Source of the DNA: Dictyostelium discoideum
Lineage: Eukaryota
DNA: 64,000 nucleotides
Reading direction: 5' to 3'
NCBI GenBank assembly: GCA_000004695.1
Contig: CM000153.2
Span: 2,432,001-2,496,000, forward strand
Position numbers and translations under genes: made by a program. Shown piece after piece: positions 24,087 to 43,079 of the stretch (positions are counted from its first letter, which is position 1; every line of letters starts with the position of its first letter). Below the pieces are notes generated by a model, which was not told where the DNA came from, ran no database searches, and worked only from the letters and a program-made list of their open reading frames with translations.

Positions 24087-27084
24087 ATGACAAAAGTTTA
24101 TTCATTAGGTATTAGAAGAGAAGATAAGAATCGTTGGGAAAGAAGAGCACCATTAGCGCCATCCCATGTTGAAGAATTAGTTAAAAAAGGTATTAAAGTT
24201 ATTGTTCAACCATCAACTCTTAGAAATTATCCAAATGTTTTATATGAGAAAGCAGGAGCAATCATTCAAGAGGATTTAAAAGAGTGTGATGTAATTGTAG
24301 CAGTAAAAGAAGTACCAAGTGAATATTTATACAATGATAAAACCTACATTTTCTTCTCACACACCATCAAAGCTCAACCATACAATATGGCAATGTTGGA
24401 TGAAATTAACAAAAAACGTATTCGTTTAATCGATTATGAACGTATCACTGATGATCAAAATAGAAGATTAGTTCGTTTCGGTTCTTTTGCTGGTTATGCT
24501 GGTATGATTGATATGCTTCATGCATTAGGTGATCGTTTATTAGCAAAAGGTTTTTCAACACCATTCTTGGTAAGTTATTGTTATTAAATTTATAAAAAAA
24601 AAAAAAAAAAAAAAAATCATATTTACTAATAATTAAAATTTTAAATTATAGCATGTTGGTTATTCATATGTATATTCAAAACTTGAAAGTGCAATGGAAG
24701 CAGTTAAAGCAATTGGTGAAGAGATTTCACAAGTTGGTTTACCAGATGACCTTTTACCATTTACTTTTGCTTTTACTTCAGATGGTGCTGTATCACAAGG
24801 TGCACTTAAAATCTTTAAATTATTACCACATAAAATGGTTACACCAGATGAAATGGTTGAATTAGTTAAAAATAAGAGTAAGTTTTAATAATAATAATAA
24901 TTATTGATTTATTTATTAATTTATTAATTTATTTTTTATTAGAGGGAGAAAGAGGTATTTTATATGGTACAATTATTACATCAGAACACATGGCAGCACC
25001 AATTGATCCAGAAAAGAAATTTAATAAAGCTGAATATTATGCAGATCCAAGTAAATATAAACCAATCTTTTGTGAGAAATATGCACCATACATATCATGT
25101 ATTATCAATTGTATGTATTGGGATGCCAAATATCCACGTTTAATCACAATTAGACAAATGGAAGAATTGGTTGAAACTAACAATAGTAGATTGATTGGTG
25201 TTGCTGATATCTCTGCCGATGTAAATGGTTCATTGGAATTCTTAATGACAACCACTTCAATCGATTCACCACTTTATATCTATGATCCAAGAACTCAAGA
25301 AGTTCATGATCCAACCACTGATCAACAATATATGTATCGTGATGGTATCTTATTTTTAGCAGTTGATAATTTACCAACTGAATTCCCAAAAGAAGCAACT
25401 CAATGGTTTGGTGATCATCTTTTAAAATTTATGGAACAAGTTGTATGTATTAATATTTAAAACAAAAAATAATAATAATAATAATAATTTATTATTTAAT
25501 AATAATAATAATAATTAAATTAACTTTAAATTTTTATTTTATTTTTTTATTATCATATGATAGGTTAAATCAGATCCAAAATTACCATATGAAAAAATGA
25601 CAGATATTGCACCAGAAATGAAAAGAGCAATTATTACATGTCATGGTTCATTAACACCACCATTTGAATATATTACTGAACTTAGAAAGAAGAGAGAAGA
25701 ATTAACAACTAGAATTTTAATTTTAGGAGCAGGTTCAGTATCATATCCAACCATTTCTTATTTAGCAAGAAATCCAAGTCATAAATTGACAGTTGGTGAT
25801 GTTTCAATTGAACAATCAAAGAAGGCAGCATCCTATGATCCAGAATGTCAAACTGTAGTTATCGATGTTAATGATCAAGAGAAATTGGATGAAATTGTAA
25901 AGAGACATAGAGTTGTTGTGAGTTTACTTCCAGATGAACTCACAATATTGGTAGCCAAATCATGTATTCGTCAAAAGAAACATATGGTTTCACCAGGTTA
26001 TATGAGTAGCGAGATGGAAGCACTCGATAAGGATGCCAAAGAAGCTGGTATCACTCTCTTGAATGAAATGGGTTTGGATCCAGGTATCGATCATTTGGAA
26101 GCTTGCAGAGTCATTAACGATGCCACAAACAAGGGTGGTAAAGTCAGAACTTTTGTCTCTTGGTGTGGTGGCTTACCTGCACCAGAATCATCCGATAATC
26201 CATTGGGCTATAAATTCACTTGGTCACCAAAAGAGATTATCTCTGGTGTTACCAATGATAGTAAATTCCGTCGTGATGGTCAAGATATCTACATTCCAGG
26301 TAGTGAGGTCTATAAAAGAGTTCAACCAGTCGATATCTTCCCAGCATTGTCATTAGAAGGTGTACCAAATAGAGATTGTCTTCATCTTACCAAGACCTAT
26401 GGTATTGAGAGTGTAAATACTCTTTTCCGTGGTACCATCCGTTATAAAGGTTTCTGTCAAGTCATGGAAGCTGCCGTCGAAATTGGTCTATTGGATACCA
26501 CTAGCAAATCACATCTCGCCCCATCCGCCCCACCAATGTCATGGAATCTCGCAATGCGTCATATCTTACCAATTCCTCAAAGTGAAGGTATTCCAACTCA
26601 AGAACTTTTAAGAAGAAAACTTAGAACTAGAAGAGGTTATCCTTCAAAAGGCTATGACGATGATAAGATTACCTATATCCTTTACGTCTTTGAGTGGTTA
26701 GATATCTTTAGTGAAAAGAATAATGTCGCTCAATGTGGTAACTATTTCGAAGCTTTCACAGAGTTATTGAAAACTAAACTCAATCTCTTACCATCAGAAA
26801 GAGATTTAATCATTTTACATAATGTCGTTGGTATCGAATGGGATGGTGGTAAACATGAAACTAAAACTTCAACACTCGTTTACTATGGTTCAAAAGATCA
26901 ATCTGCTGTTAGCACTGTAGTTGGTTTACCAGTTGCTATCGCAGCTGAATTATTGGTTGAAAATCAAATTAAAGAAGTTGGTGCAATTAGACCAATCACT
27001 AAAGAATTTTATAAACCAATGTTAAAATCACTTCATAATGAAGGTATTTCTTTTATTCATAGAAGTGAATTTGATAAAATTTAA
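24087..27084 (+). CDS. aass: Bifunctional lysine-ketoglutarate reductase / saccharopine dehydrogenase (alpha-aminoadipic semialdehyde synthase) (4 exons: 24087..24569, 24652..24877, 24943..25442, 25564..27084; about 909 aa)
   Basis: The N-terminal LKR (AlaDH/PNT-like) domain contains MTKVYSLGIRREDKNRWERRAPL…. The C-terminal SDH domain has the Rossmann ILILGAGSVSYP and …GLDPGIDHLEA. Donors are GTAAGT ×2 and GTATGT. Acceptors are tatag/attag/gatag. The phases are 0/1/0 and consistent. The symbol is by orthology only. Confidence 0.85.
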
Positions 27085-27438
27085 ATTAAAATTTTAATTT
27101 AAAAAAAAAAAAAAAAAATGTATCCTAAAAAAATAAAAAAAAAAAAAAGTAATAATAATTTTATATTAATATTACTGTTTCAAAAAAAAAAAAATAAAAA
27201 AATAAAAAAATCTATTTCTGTTTATTTTTTTTTATTTATTACCAAAAAAAAAAAAAATTTATTTCTGTTTTTTTTTTTTTTTTTTTTTTTTTTTTGATTA
27301 TTAAAAAATTTATTTTTAGTTTTTTTTTTTTATTTTTATTTGATTGGGGTATTTATACAAAAGGTGTGTTATTTTGGAATTAAGAATAAAAAATAAATAG
27401 CAAAGTTTTTGTTTTTTTTTTCTTGATTTTAGGGGTTT

Positions 27439-27470
<32 letters not shown>

Positions 27471-27477
27471 CAAAATT

Positions 27478-28002
27478 TTAAGATTTTAAAGCTTTCAAAC
27501 GATCAAGTAATTCACTATCTTCTTGTTTTTCTTGAACAACTTCTTCTTGTTGATGAGTTTCTAATGGTGCTGAACTAACTTGTGGACCAGATACTAAAAT
27601 CTCATCCATAATTTTATTAACTTCCATTTCTGCTTCCTCTTCAAGATCTTCACCTTGCATATCGAATACATCAGAAATCATCTCTTCCATTATACCTGCT
27701 TTTGTCATCTCTGAACCCATTGCCATCATAACTTTATTTAGTTCGGGTAATTTAATGAGATCATTCATCATTTTCATAATCTCTGTTGATTTTGCTAAAT
27801 TTCCTTGAACTTTTGTCATTGCTAAATTACTTTGTAATTGCATTGATACTGAATTCATTTGTGCTTTTGCTGTATATATTCTTTCTTTTGCTTTTCTACT
27901 ATTTACAATCTCTTTTGCTAATGTTTTTGCACTCTTTTGATCTCCTGCTTTAACTCTTTCTTTAATCATTCTAACTGTTTTCTTTTCTTGCATATCAATT
28001 GC

Positions 28003-28093
<91 letters not shown>

Positions 28094-28314
28094 AAAAAAA
28101 AATAAAAAACAACAATTGGTTAAAATTATTATATTTTTAACATATTATAATATGTAATAATTTTTATATTATTTTTTTTTTTATTTTTGAAGTTTTAAAA
28201 AAAAAAAAAAATACCTCTTAATTGAGTATCTAAACCTCTATCTTCTCTTCTTAATTCTCTTTTCCATTTCTTTACTAACTCCTCTGGAGTAGGTTTCTTT
28301 AAAAAACTAAACAT
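27478..28314 (-). CDS. vps24: ESCRT-III subunit Vps24/CHMP3 (2 exons: 28215..28314, 27478..28001; about 207 aa)
   Basis: Exon 1 encodes MFSFLKKPTPEELVKKWKRELRREDRGLDTQLR and ends G|GTAT. Exon 2 aligns along its whole length with CHMP3 (…LAKEIVNSRKAKERIYTAKAQMNSVSMQLQ…KSTEIMKMMNDLIKLPEL…MTKAGIMEEMISDVFD…EEEAEMEVNKIMDEIL). The 212-bp intron contains an (AAT)n microsatellite. The symbol is by orthology only. Confidence 0.8.
28006..28088. repeat. (AAT)n microsatellite inside the Vps24 intron
   Basis: About 27 perfect triplets. Confidence 0.9.
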
Positions 28315-28550
28315 TTTATTATTAGTTTATTCTTAATCGTTTATATATGTGAGAAAAATTAAAAAATAAAAAAAAAAAAAAAAAAAAAAAAGAAAAAAAA
28401 AATTAATTAAAAATTTGAGATACATTTTTTCCTCATAAAAAATTTTATTTTTTTTTATTTTTATTTTATTTTTTTTTTTTTTTAAATTTTCAAAACATAA
28501 AACCCTTGTTGGTTTGTTTTTTAAAAAAAAATAAAATAAAAAGTGATAAT

Positions 28551-28581
<31 letters not shown>

Positions 28582-28921
28582 AAAAACAAATCAAAATTAA
28601 ATAAAAAAAAATTGGAAGATTAAATAAAAAAAAATAATTTGTTTTTTTTTTTATTATTTTTTTTTTTTTTTACTAAAAAAAAGTTATAAAACACATTTTG
28701 GAAATAATTTTTTGATGGGAGCTTCCACTTCGACTCTTTTTTTTATTTTTTAATTTTTTTTATTTTTTGAATTTTCTAGTGCGGATGAACAAAATGAGAA
28801 GCTTCTCAGTTTTTATATGAAAAATATAATCCAATAACACAGCGGTGTGCGCGCTTTTGTGAAAAAAAAAAAATAAAAAAATTCTCTTCACTTTTTTTTA
28901 AACCCAAACACCAATTTTTTG

Positions 28922-28953
<32 letters not shown>

Positions 28954-28989
28954 ATAATAGTAATAATAAAAACTATATAATATTATATA

Positions 28990-30924
<1,935 letters not shown>

Positions 30925-31264
30925 GAAAAAAAAATAAAAATAAAAAAAAAAAAAAAAAAAGAATTACAGTGAAATATTAATTTATTTCGCTTGGAAAATT
31001 CAATTTTAATAATATATAATAATAACAAGTACAATAATAAAAAATAAATAATAATAATAATAACAATAACATATTATTAATTATAAGGTTGCACATAGGT
31101 TTATGGATGTTGTTGTCAACATAAAATAAAAAAAATAGAAAAATAAAAAACACAACATTGCATATGCAAATATTGTTTTTTTTTGGAAGAATTAAACCGA
31201 ATTGATGGAAAATTTGTTTCTAAAAAAAGATCACGAAAAAGTTTTATTCTTTTTTTTTTTTTTT

Positions 31265-31303
<39 letters not shown>

Positions 31304-31895
31304 CAAAACCAGTAAGTAGCCTTGTCATAGGGTTTTTTACTTAATTATTTTAAGTTTTTTATTTTTTTTTTTTTTTTATTTTTTTTAAATGTCAAAATAA
31401 AACCAGTTATCATATCATATGGTTTTTTAATTAATTTAGTTTTTATTTTCCTTTTCTTTTTTTTTAATTTTTTGAAATGGTTTTGATCACGAAATGGTGT
31501 GGGTGTGTTTTTTGTTGAATTTTTTTTAATTTTAATTTTTTTTTTTTTTTCTTTTAATTTTTTTTTTTCCCTGAGTCGTTGAGATGACCGACCAACGAGG
31601 AGGAGTTATTTTTTTTTTTTTTACAATTATTTTAAAATAAAATAAAATAAAACAAAACAAAAAAGTTTGACACTCAAAGGGTAAAATTTAAACAAATAAT
31701 GATTTAATATTATTATTATTATTATCTTTTTTTTTTTTTTTTTTTGTTTAATGTTTTGTTTAATTAATTAAATTTGTTTTTTTCTTTTTTTTTTATGTTT
31801 TTTTGATTTTTTTTTTTTTTTTTTTCATTTGCAACGACTTTTTTTTTTTTTTTATTTTTCAAAACAAATCACCAAAATTTGTGTAACTCCCATTT

Positions 31896-31932
<37 letters not shown>

Positions 31933-32134
31933 ACTTTTTTTTTTTTTTTTTTTTTTTTTGTTTTTTTTTTGCGGGTATCTGTTTGTGTATATATTTTTAG
32001 ACAACTATTAATAATTTTTAAAAGTAAAAATAATAATAACTAAAATAAATAATAATAACTAAAATAAACATATAGTAATAAAAATAAAAAAATAAAATAG
32101 TAATAATAATAATAATAATAATAAAAATGTAAGT

Positions 32135-32171
<37 letters not shown>

Positions 32172-32379
32172 GACTGAAAACAAAAAAAATAAAAATAACA
32201 ATAATGTTATTTTATTGTGCTTTTTTTTTATTATTCACCTATTCTATAAAATAAATTTATGGTTGGTGCTTATTTAATTTTGTGTTATTTATGAATCGTT
32301 TTCTTCCACTCGTTCTCATATATACATTAAAAATAAAAATAAAAATAAAAATAAAAACAAAAATAAAATTAAAAAAAAA

Positions 32380-32389
<10 letters not shown>

Positions 32390-32411
<22 letters not shown>
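32390..32411. repeat. (CA)11 dinucleotide microsatellite in a 4-kb AT-rich intergenic desert
   Basis: cacacacacacacacacacaca. Confidence 0.8.
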
Positions 32412-32413
<2 letters not shown>

Positions 32414-32877
32414 CACATATACACATATAGAATATCGATCAAATTGGTGATGGAGAAAGTTTACTACAGTTTGATCTCAATACAAATATGGATATATTAA
32501 AGTTTTATTTTAAAATAATACATTGATTAAATAAAATAAAATTAAAAAAAATAAAAAAAAAGAAATAAAAAGAAATAAAAAGAAATAAAAAATGAAAAAA
32601 AAAAAAATAATAAAGTGTTTAAGAAAAAAAAAAAAAAAAAAAAAAAAAAACCAGGAAATTTAAAAAGGAAAAAAAAAAAAAAAAGAAAAAAAAAAATTGA
32701 AGTAATGGAGTGATAATCAAAAACAATTTAAAATAATTGTCATTTAATTAATTTAATAACGTGATATATAATCATTTTTTTAAAATTAAAATATTTTTTT
32801 TTTGACCCAATTTTATTTATATAATAATTATTGTTTCCTTAATATTAAAAATAATAATAATAATAATTTAAATTATT

Positions 32878-32908
<31 letters not shown>

Positions 32909-33113
32909 TTATTATTCTTCTTTACTTTGTTTCCAATAATAAGAAGTAATTGATGCAAATACCAGTTTATATTCGTGAGGGGTTTGTGTGTTGTGTTTTC
33001 CCCCATTTTTACAACAAATTTTGTTTATCTTTTGTTTTGTTTTGTTTTTGTTTTGTTTTGTTTTGTTTGGTAAAATTTTTTTTTTTTTTTTTTTTTTGGT
33101 TTGTTTATTTGAA

Positions 33114-33145
<32 letters not shown>

Positions 33146-33306
33146 TTTATTATTTTAAAAAATCAACCTTTAATGATACAAAAATATTCAATTCATCAAT
33201 TTCCAATTCGCCTCACTAATAGGTACACACTATATATAACTTTGGCGAAATAAATAAAATCCAATTTTACACTCACATAAAAAGTAAATCTTAAAGTTTG
33301 CACTCA

Positions 33307-33342
<36 letters not shown>

Positions 33343-33458
33343 TCATTTCAATCAAATCATGTATGGGTGTTTATCATTATTGTTGGATTTTAAATTAATA
33401 TTGGTATTATAAAAAAAAATTAAATAAATAAAATAAATAAATAAATAAATAATTAAAT

Positions 33459-33492
<34 letters not shown>

Positions 33493-33507
33493 TTGTGGTT
33501 ACCCCCC

Positions 33508-33539
<32 letters not shown>

Positions 33540-33701
33540 AAATAAAAAAAAAAAAGTATCACACTACAGCCAAAAATAATTTAAATAACAATATAAATTT
33601 ATCCTCACTATTTTATAAATAAATATTATAATACATATATTTATTTTTATTTATTTTATTTATTTATTTATTAAATTTATTTTATATTTATTTATTTATT
33701 T

Positions 33702-33749
<48 letters not shown>

Positions 33750-34361
33750 TTAATATATTAATATATTAAATGGAAATAAAGTTTTAGAGTTTCTTTTTTT
33801 TTTTAAAAAAATAATAATAGTAATTATAAATCAGAACTTTTTTTTTATTTTTATTTTTTTTTGACAATTTTTTTTTTTCATTAATTTAATTGTAAAATAT
33901 CAAAAAGTTTTATTTTCACAAAAAAAAAATCTTATTTTCAGCTTTTCAATCAAAAAAAAAAAAAAAAAAAATTTTATTTTTTTTATTTTTTTTTTATTTT
34001 TTCTTTTTTTTTTTAGTTTCAATAATAAAAATAATTTAAATTAAAATCCAAATTAAACCTTAAGGTTTATAATAATAAATATTTAAATAATAGTTTGTTC
34101 ACTTTATTAAAAAAAAATAAAAATAAAAATTAAAAAAATAAAAAAAAAAAAAACTGGCATGTGTGTAAGTCACTTGATATTTTTTTTTTTATGTAGATCT
34201 AAAAAAAAAAAAAAAAAAAAAAAAAATTATTATAAATGAATTAATTTATAAACGCACACACATATCACACACACATCATATCATTATTTTTTATTTTATT
34301 TTATTTTATTTTTTTTTTCTCTCTAAAATCACACTGCCCCAAATTAATTTGTTATACAGGA

Positions 34362-34406
<45 letters not shown>

Positions 34407-34632
34407 AAAATAAAATAAAAATAAAAATAAAAAAATAAAAATAAATTTTTGATGTTTTTTTTTAAAATTTTTAAAAAAAATTTAAAAAAAAAAGGGGTTT
34501 TTTTATGGCAAAAAAAATTTTTTTTCCCAAAAAATTTAAAAAAAAAAAAATTTTTTAAATATTAAAAAATTTTTTTTTTTTTTTTTTTCAAAAAAAAAAA
34601 AAAAAAAAAAAAAAACCCCAACTTTTTTTTTT

Positions 34633-34670
<38 letters not shown>

Positions 34671-35018
34671 AATAGTAACAAAGATACAGTCACAACAAAT
34701 CGGAACATATAGAAATAATAATAATAATAATAATAATAATAATTAAAGTAATAGTAAATAATAATAAATAAATAATAATTTAAATTATTAATAGTTTTGT
34801 AGTATAATAAATTGTATTTTTAAGTCAAATCTCTATATTTAGAAATCAAATAGAAAAAAAAAAAAAAAAGAAAAAAAAAGAAATAAAGAAAGAAATAAAA
34901 GAAATAAAAAAAAAAAGAAATACAATATAAAATTTTAAAAAAAGAAAATATAATATAATTTATATATATATTATATATAAAAAATATATATATAAATAAA
35001 AATAAAAATTAAAATTAA

Positions 35019-36467
35019 ATGACAAAAGAAAAAACAATTGTTGTTGAAGAAGATGAAGATGATGAAATAGAGTCAGTGAAAGGGCCAACAAGAAGTAGTC
35101 CATTTCATTTATTAGGAGCATTTTGTTTTATAACGGCTATTATAGCAGCAGTAGTTTGTTGTTTAGTATCGACATTGATAAAGGGGATTTCATCACAGAC
35201 TAGAGGATATATATTTTTTGCAACATTTGCAACCTTTATAGTGTTGTTATTCTTTTGTCTCTGCTGTACCTATTATTTGGGTGCATCAAGAGAGGCATGG
35301 GAGACACCACAACATACAGACGTTCGTTGGAATTTCACCAATATCGTGGCAATGGCAGGTTTGTTTGTAGAGTTTGTTCAGATTTGTTCATTTTCATTCA
35401 ACGAGTCGTTTGGGCCTTACATGGGTTCCTATATATTTAGATATTTCAATTACACAGCAACACCCTATCCAAAGGGGCCAGGCTTTGAAATCGCCTATTG
35501 GGTTATGTTTGTTGTGGCTTTCTCGCCCTATATCTTTGTAATTGCAATTCGTATCCTCATCTATATGTATGGCATTAAGAAGGGTGCAGACTCTGCCGCT
35601 GGTGTGGTCGAGCGTTATCAAGATAATATCTACTCTGTACTTTGGTTCCTTGTAAATACTTTATATTTCCCAGTCATCACAATGATGTTAACAGGTACAA
35701 GTTGTACCTTTTCAAAGAGTGATAGTGAAGAAGACATCATATCGTCACTTTCAAGTGCTGGTAGTTCTTTAATTAATTCAACCATTGGTAGTAGTAGTTC
35801 TTATTTACCAACATTGGATGCAAATAAAGATATCGTATGTCTTCAAGGCAAACATGTAGCATTTTTGGTTTGTACAATGATTGCATTGATCATCTATTAT
35901 CCTGCCGCCTCTTTTGCTCAATCTCAAACTCAAAACATCTCTGATATCAAATTTAAACCAAAGGTTGTGTTTGTCATGTTGCAAGGTAAATTCCTTTTGG
36001 GTGCACTTTGTGTAAGTTTTGGTAATAAACAATACGTTGTCTATCTCATAACGGTGGTGGTAATCAATTTCTTCTTTTTGGTTCTAAACGTTTGGTTCCA
36101 ACCTTGTCTATTACCTTGGGTTAATCGTCTACGTACTCTCTTCTTTAGTTTATCCGCTTGGGCTTCTTTGGTTCTTGTCATTAGTCATAGAATGTATTAT
36201 CCCGCTAAAGATGTTGATAATCGTGTACTACCTCTCATTCTTTTATTGGTTGGTTGGGGTATAATTATAGCGTTTTTAGTCGTTTTCTTTGCTGGTTACT
36301 CTAAATTCTTAAATAGAACTAGAGATTTATTCAATAAGAAATTTAAAAATCAACGTGGTACTAATATTCAAGCTAATCAACAACAACAACAACAACAACA
36401 AGCTAATCAACAACAACAACAACATCACCACCACCATCAACAACAACAACAACAACAACAACACCAA

Positions 36468-36510
<43 letters not shown>

Positions 36511-36599
36511 CACAAAATAATTATAATATAAAAGATGATTCCTCTGATGAATCAATGGAGATGGAAGATATGAGTGGTGCTAATGTACGTAGTCAATAA
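35019..36599 (+). CDS. Multi-pass transmembrane protein of unknown function with acidic N-terminus and poly-Gln/His C-terminal tail (single exon, 526 aa)
   Basis: ATG-initiated long ORF with 8 or more hydrophobic segments. The C-terminal (CAA)n tract generates an antisense spurious ORF. No family recognised. Confidence 0.55.
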
Positions 36600-36690
36600 A
36601 AAAAAAAAACAACAAAAAAAAAAAGTTAAAAAAAGAAGGCATCATTCGAATGTAGAGTTCAATCAAGCATTAGAATTTAATGATAAAAAA

Positions 36691-36741
<51 letters not shown>

Positions 36742-37558
36742 AAAGAAAAAAAAAAAATACTTTGATTTTTACATTTTTACACAAAAATAAAATAAATTAA
36801 ATTAAAAAAAAAATTAAATAATAAAAAATCAAGTTTTATTTCTTTTTTTTTTTGTAAACCTTTTTTTTTTCATTTTTATTTTTAGATTTTTATTTTTAGA
36901 TTTTTATTTTTTCAGATTTTTATTTGAAATTATTATTATTATTATTTATTTAATAAACGTTTATTAAAAAAAAAAATAATAAAAATTAAAACCACTTTTT
37001 TCTCTCAGATTATTTAAAATAAAAATCGATTATCTTAATCTAAACATCTACTTTTTTTATAAAAGAAATCAATTTTTTATTATTATTTTAGAGTCATGTT
37101 TGGGGTGTTTTTTTTTTTTCTTTTTTTTAATAATTTTATTAATTTAATATGAATTAAATAGGAACTAGCAAATCATATTAATTCTTTATTATATTAATGT
37201 TTTTTTTTTTTTTTTCCATATAAAATTTTTTTTTTTTATTTTTTTTTGTATTCTAGTGCTTTATCTGTGTGGTTGAGTGGGTGTAATAATCTTTAAAAGT
37301 TATTAATTTTCAATAAAAAAACAATATTTAGTATGAAAGTAATCAAATGATTCTGCTTTTTTTTTTTTTCACATAATATTGAGTTATTTGTTTTTTTATT
37401 TATTAATTTTTTTATTATTTTTTATTATTTTTTTTTTTAAATAAAAAAAAAAAAAAAATAAAAAAAACTATTCCATTCCCTTCTCTTTTTTATTGAATAA
37501 GTAAAATAAAAATTTTTATTATTTTTATTAATACAGATACAGATAAAAAAAAAAAAAA

Positions 37559-39892
<2,334 letters not shown>

Positions 39893-40132
39893 AAATAAAA
39901 AAAATAATAATAATAATACCTTTAATAGTTTTTTTTTTAAGATATTAATATTTTAAAATCTTAGCAAAATAATAAAATATAATCAAGATTCATTTATTTT
40001 TAGATTGGAAAATATAATACAATTCTAAAGATTAAAAGATATTAAATAAAAAAATATAAAAAGTTATTATACAAATTTTTTTTTAATTTTTTATATTTTT
40101 TTTTTTTTTGATTAATTTAAAAATAAAATATT

Positions 40133-40166
<34 letters not shown>

Positions 40167-40578
40167 AGAATGATTACATTCATTTTTTATATTTTAAATA
40201 ATTTTGTGTATTTTTGAGTGTTCTATTTATACATACTAAGTTCATATTAAAAATAAATAAAATTTAATCAAAAATAAAAAAATAAAAAAAAAAATAAAAA
40301 AAAAAAAATAAATGATAAACTTAAATTAATAAAACTGTTTTTAATTTTATCAATATTGATTGTAAATGAAAACTTGAAAATTAATTTTTTTTAAACATTT
40401 TCATAAATATAATTATTTGTTGTAAAAATTCAAAGAATTCGTTGAGTCAAAACTTTTTTTTTTTTTATTTTTTTTATTTTTTTTATTTTTTTTATTTTTA
40501 GGACAAATATAAAAATCTAATTTTTTCAGTTTTTTTTTTTTTTTTTTATATCAAATATATATATATTTTTCACAAAAA

Positions 40579-41541
40579 ATGAAACATAATTATTATATTT
40601 TATTTTTAATATTAATATCAAGTTTATTTTTATCAAATAAAGTTGTTGAATCATATGGACATCGTAATAATAATAAAGGTGGTGATTCAAAGATTTTATT
40701 AAAAGATGTTCAAGTTTTAACATTAAGATCAGGTGAAATGACAAAAGCCCGAAGATCTTCACCAATCCAACAAATGGAATGTATTGGTGGAACAGCAACA
40801 AAGGAATTAGAACTTTATCCAAAAACAATACAATGTTATAATATGGGATCAAATGGTGTTGATGTTCAATGGAAATGTGAAGCAACATTAGATTCAACAG
40901 TTAGATTAGGTACTATCGATGTAAGTTGTGAAGGTTATTCTTATCCAGAAGATCCTTATATCACTGCTGATAGTTGTGGTGTATTCTATCAATTAGAATA
41001 TACAAATGAACAAAGAAGAAAAGCAGCATTAGCTGAAGAAGAAACATCATGGGTACAAATCATTTTTTGTATTGCATTTATAGGTTTAATTTTATATGCA
41101 GTATTTAATTGGTGTGGTTCACCTCAAGGTGATGATGATAGTAATACTGCTCAAAATAATACTGCAACTGATAATAATTATCCAGGTGGTTTCCCAGGTA
41201 ATAATAATAATAATAACAATAATAATAACAATAGTAATAATAACAACTATGGTGGAAATTATCAAGGTTATCCAAATTTAAATAACAATAATAATGCAGG
41301 TGGTTGTGCTCAACCAAATAATGGCGGTGGTGGTGGTGGTGGTTGGTTTCAACCAGGTTTATGGACAGGTTTAGCTTCTGGTTATCTTTTTGGAAGAATT
41401 CATTCAAATAGGAATCATCATCATTATTATAATCCATCACCTTCATATAATAGACCTAGAAGTTCTTATAGTAGTGGTAGTAGTGGTGGTAGTGGTATAT
41501 CTTCAAGTTCTTCCTCTTATTCTGGTACTTCAAGAAGATAA
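40579..41541 (+). CDS. SARAF (store-operated calcium entry-associated regulatory factor, TMEM66)-like single-pass membrane protein (320 aa)
   Basis: Signal peptide. The luminal SARAF domain matches along its length (ILLKDVQVLTLRSGEMTKARRSSPIQQMECIGGTA…IQCYNMGSNGVDVQWKCEATLDS…GTIDVSCEGYSYPEDPYITADSCGVFYQLEYT). One TM segment (IIFCIAFIGLILYAVF). The cytosolic tail has the conserved …GLWTGLASGYLFG… and a Ser/Arg terminal. Confidence 0.85.
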   Translation: MKHNYYILFLILISSLFLSNKVVESYGHRNNNKGGDSKILLKDVQVLTLRSGEMTKARRSSPIQQMECIGGTATKELELYPKTIQCYNMGSNGVDVQWKCEATLDSTVRLGTIDVSCEGYSYPEDPYITADSCGVFYQLEYTNEQRRKAALAEEETSWVQIIFCIAFIGLILYAVFNWCGSPQGDDDSNTAQNNTATDNNYPGGFPGNNNNNNNNNNNSNNNNYGGNYQGYPNLNNNNNAGGCAQPNNGGGGGGGWFQPGLWTGLASGYLFGRIHSNRNHHHYYNPSPSYNRPRSSYSSGSSGGSGISSSSSSYSGTSRR

Positions 41542-41807
41542 TTAAATTATAATAAATAAATAAATAAACCTTTTTGTACATTTATAATATTTGAAATTTT
41601 TTTTTTTTTTTTATTTAATTTTTTTTTAAATTTATTCAATCATATCATTAATATCAACCTTAATTTGTTGATCAGGGAATTCCGATTTTCTAATTCTAAT
41701 ACTAAAGCATACTAAATATATATTAAGAGAAAAAAAAAAAAAATTAATTAATTAGTAATTAATAATTATTAATTTTATTATTATTATTATTATTTTTTTT
41801 TTTTTTT

Positions 41808-42450
41808 TTATATATATTTACATTTTTCAATCTTTTTTAAACTTTCTTCCATTGTATTCATTTTTGAAGTAATATCTTTATTTAAATGACATTTTTTGAA
41901 ACCACTACTCATTGACCTAATGAAATCACAAATTTTAAAACATTCATCGTATTTACCAACAGTGACACAACCAGTTGAATAACGCATAAGTTCACCAGAT
42001 AAATCACAAATACCCAATGCATAATCATCGATAGAGATATTGAATTGACCTAAACTATCTAAATTCAATGCTTCTTTGATTGGTATTAATATTGAATCCA
42101 ATGGTATTAAAGCACCAAACTCTATATAATATTGAAATGAAACTGCTTCAATATATTCTTGAACACCATTTGTAAATGCTTTTTGAAATTTCCAATATTC
42201 TTGTTGATCCAATTCCTTTATAATATTACCAAATAAATTGAAAATTGGTTGAAGATTTTGTTTACTTTGTTTTAATATCTCTTGTTTATCCTCCCATACT
42301 GCACGTTGTAATAATGAAATTACTCTTTTACTTGCAATCGTTATATCTCTACTATTTTTTACAATTCTTTCTCTTCTATCATTCTAAAAAAATAAAATTA
42401 AATAAAATAAAATAATAAAAAGTTAGTGAAAATCTAAGTTTGAATTAGAT

Positions 42451-42527
<77 letters not shown>

Positions 42528-42572
42528 GATTATTACATCTTCATCTAATTTTTTACTAAATGATGAAAACAT
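41808..42572 (-). CDS. tsnax: Translin-associated protein X (TRAX) (2 exons: 42537..42572, 41808..42383; about 203 aa)
   Basis: Exon 1 MFSSFSKKLDED + GTAATA donor. Exon 2 …RDITIASKRVISLLQRA…GVQEYIEAVSFQYYI…DDYALGICDLSGELMRY… matches TRAX (SRDITVESKRTIFLL; GLQEYVEAVSFQHFI; DYLLGVADLTGELMR). The listed Met at 42212 is an internal TTG. The symbol is by orthology only. Confidence 0.75.
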
Positions 42573-43079
42573 TGATTTAATTTTTGGTTCATTAAATATT
42601 GATTCTTTTTCATTATTTTCATTTTTATTATTTTCATTTTTATTATAAATGTTATTTCGATTATTATTGTAGTTTGATCTAAATCTTTTCTCTATTATTA
42701 TTATTATAAATATTTTAGTTTGTTTGTACTTATATTAATAAAATAATAATAGTAATTAACTATAAAAACATACCCTCTCCTTTTTTTAAAGGTTGTTGGT
42801 CATCTCTTTTGTTATTAACATTTGTTGACATTGTTTTTTTTTTTGCAATATTTTTTTTTTTTTTTTTTTTTTTCCCATTTCGCTTTTTTTTTTTTTTTTT
42901 TTTTTTTAAATTATTTTTTTTTTTTTCAATTTTTTTTTTTTTTTTTTTTTTTAACACAAAATTTCCAAATAAATAATTTTCTATAATTAGAATTTTTTAA
43001 CATATTAATGGTATTTTATTTAACTTTGTTTATTTAATAAAAAAAAAAAACTAAAAAAAAATTGTTTTTTTCCAAATTC

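Noticed and set aside
24653-24865. ORF 24653..24865 (frame +2) overlapping AASS exon 2
   Set aside because: Exon 2 is read in the other frame (ORF 24694..24888 frame, extended to the tatag acceptor at 24651). Only that frame is homologous to LKR/SDH and splice-compatible.
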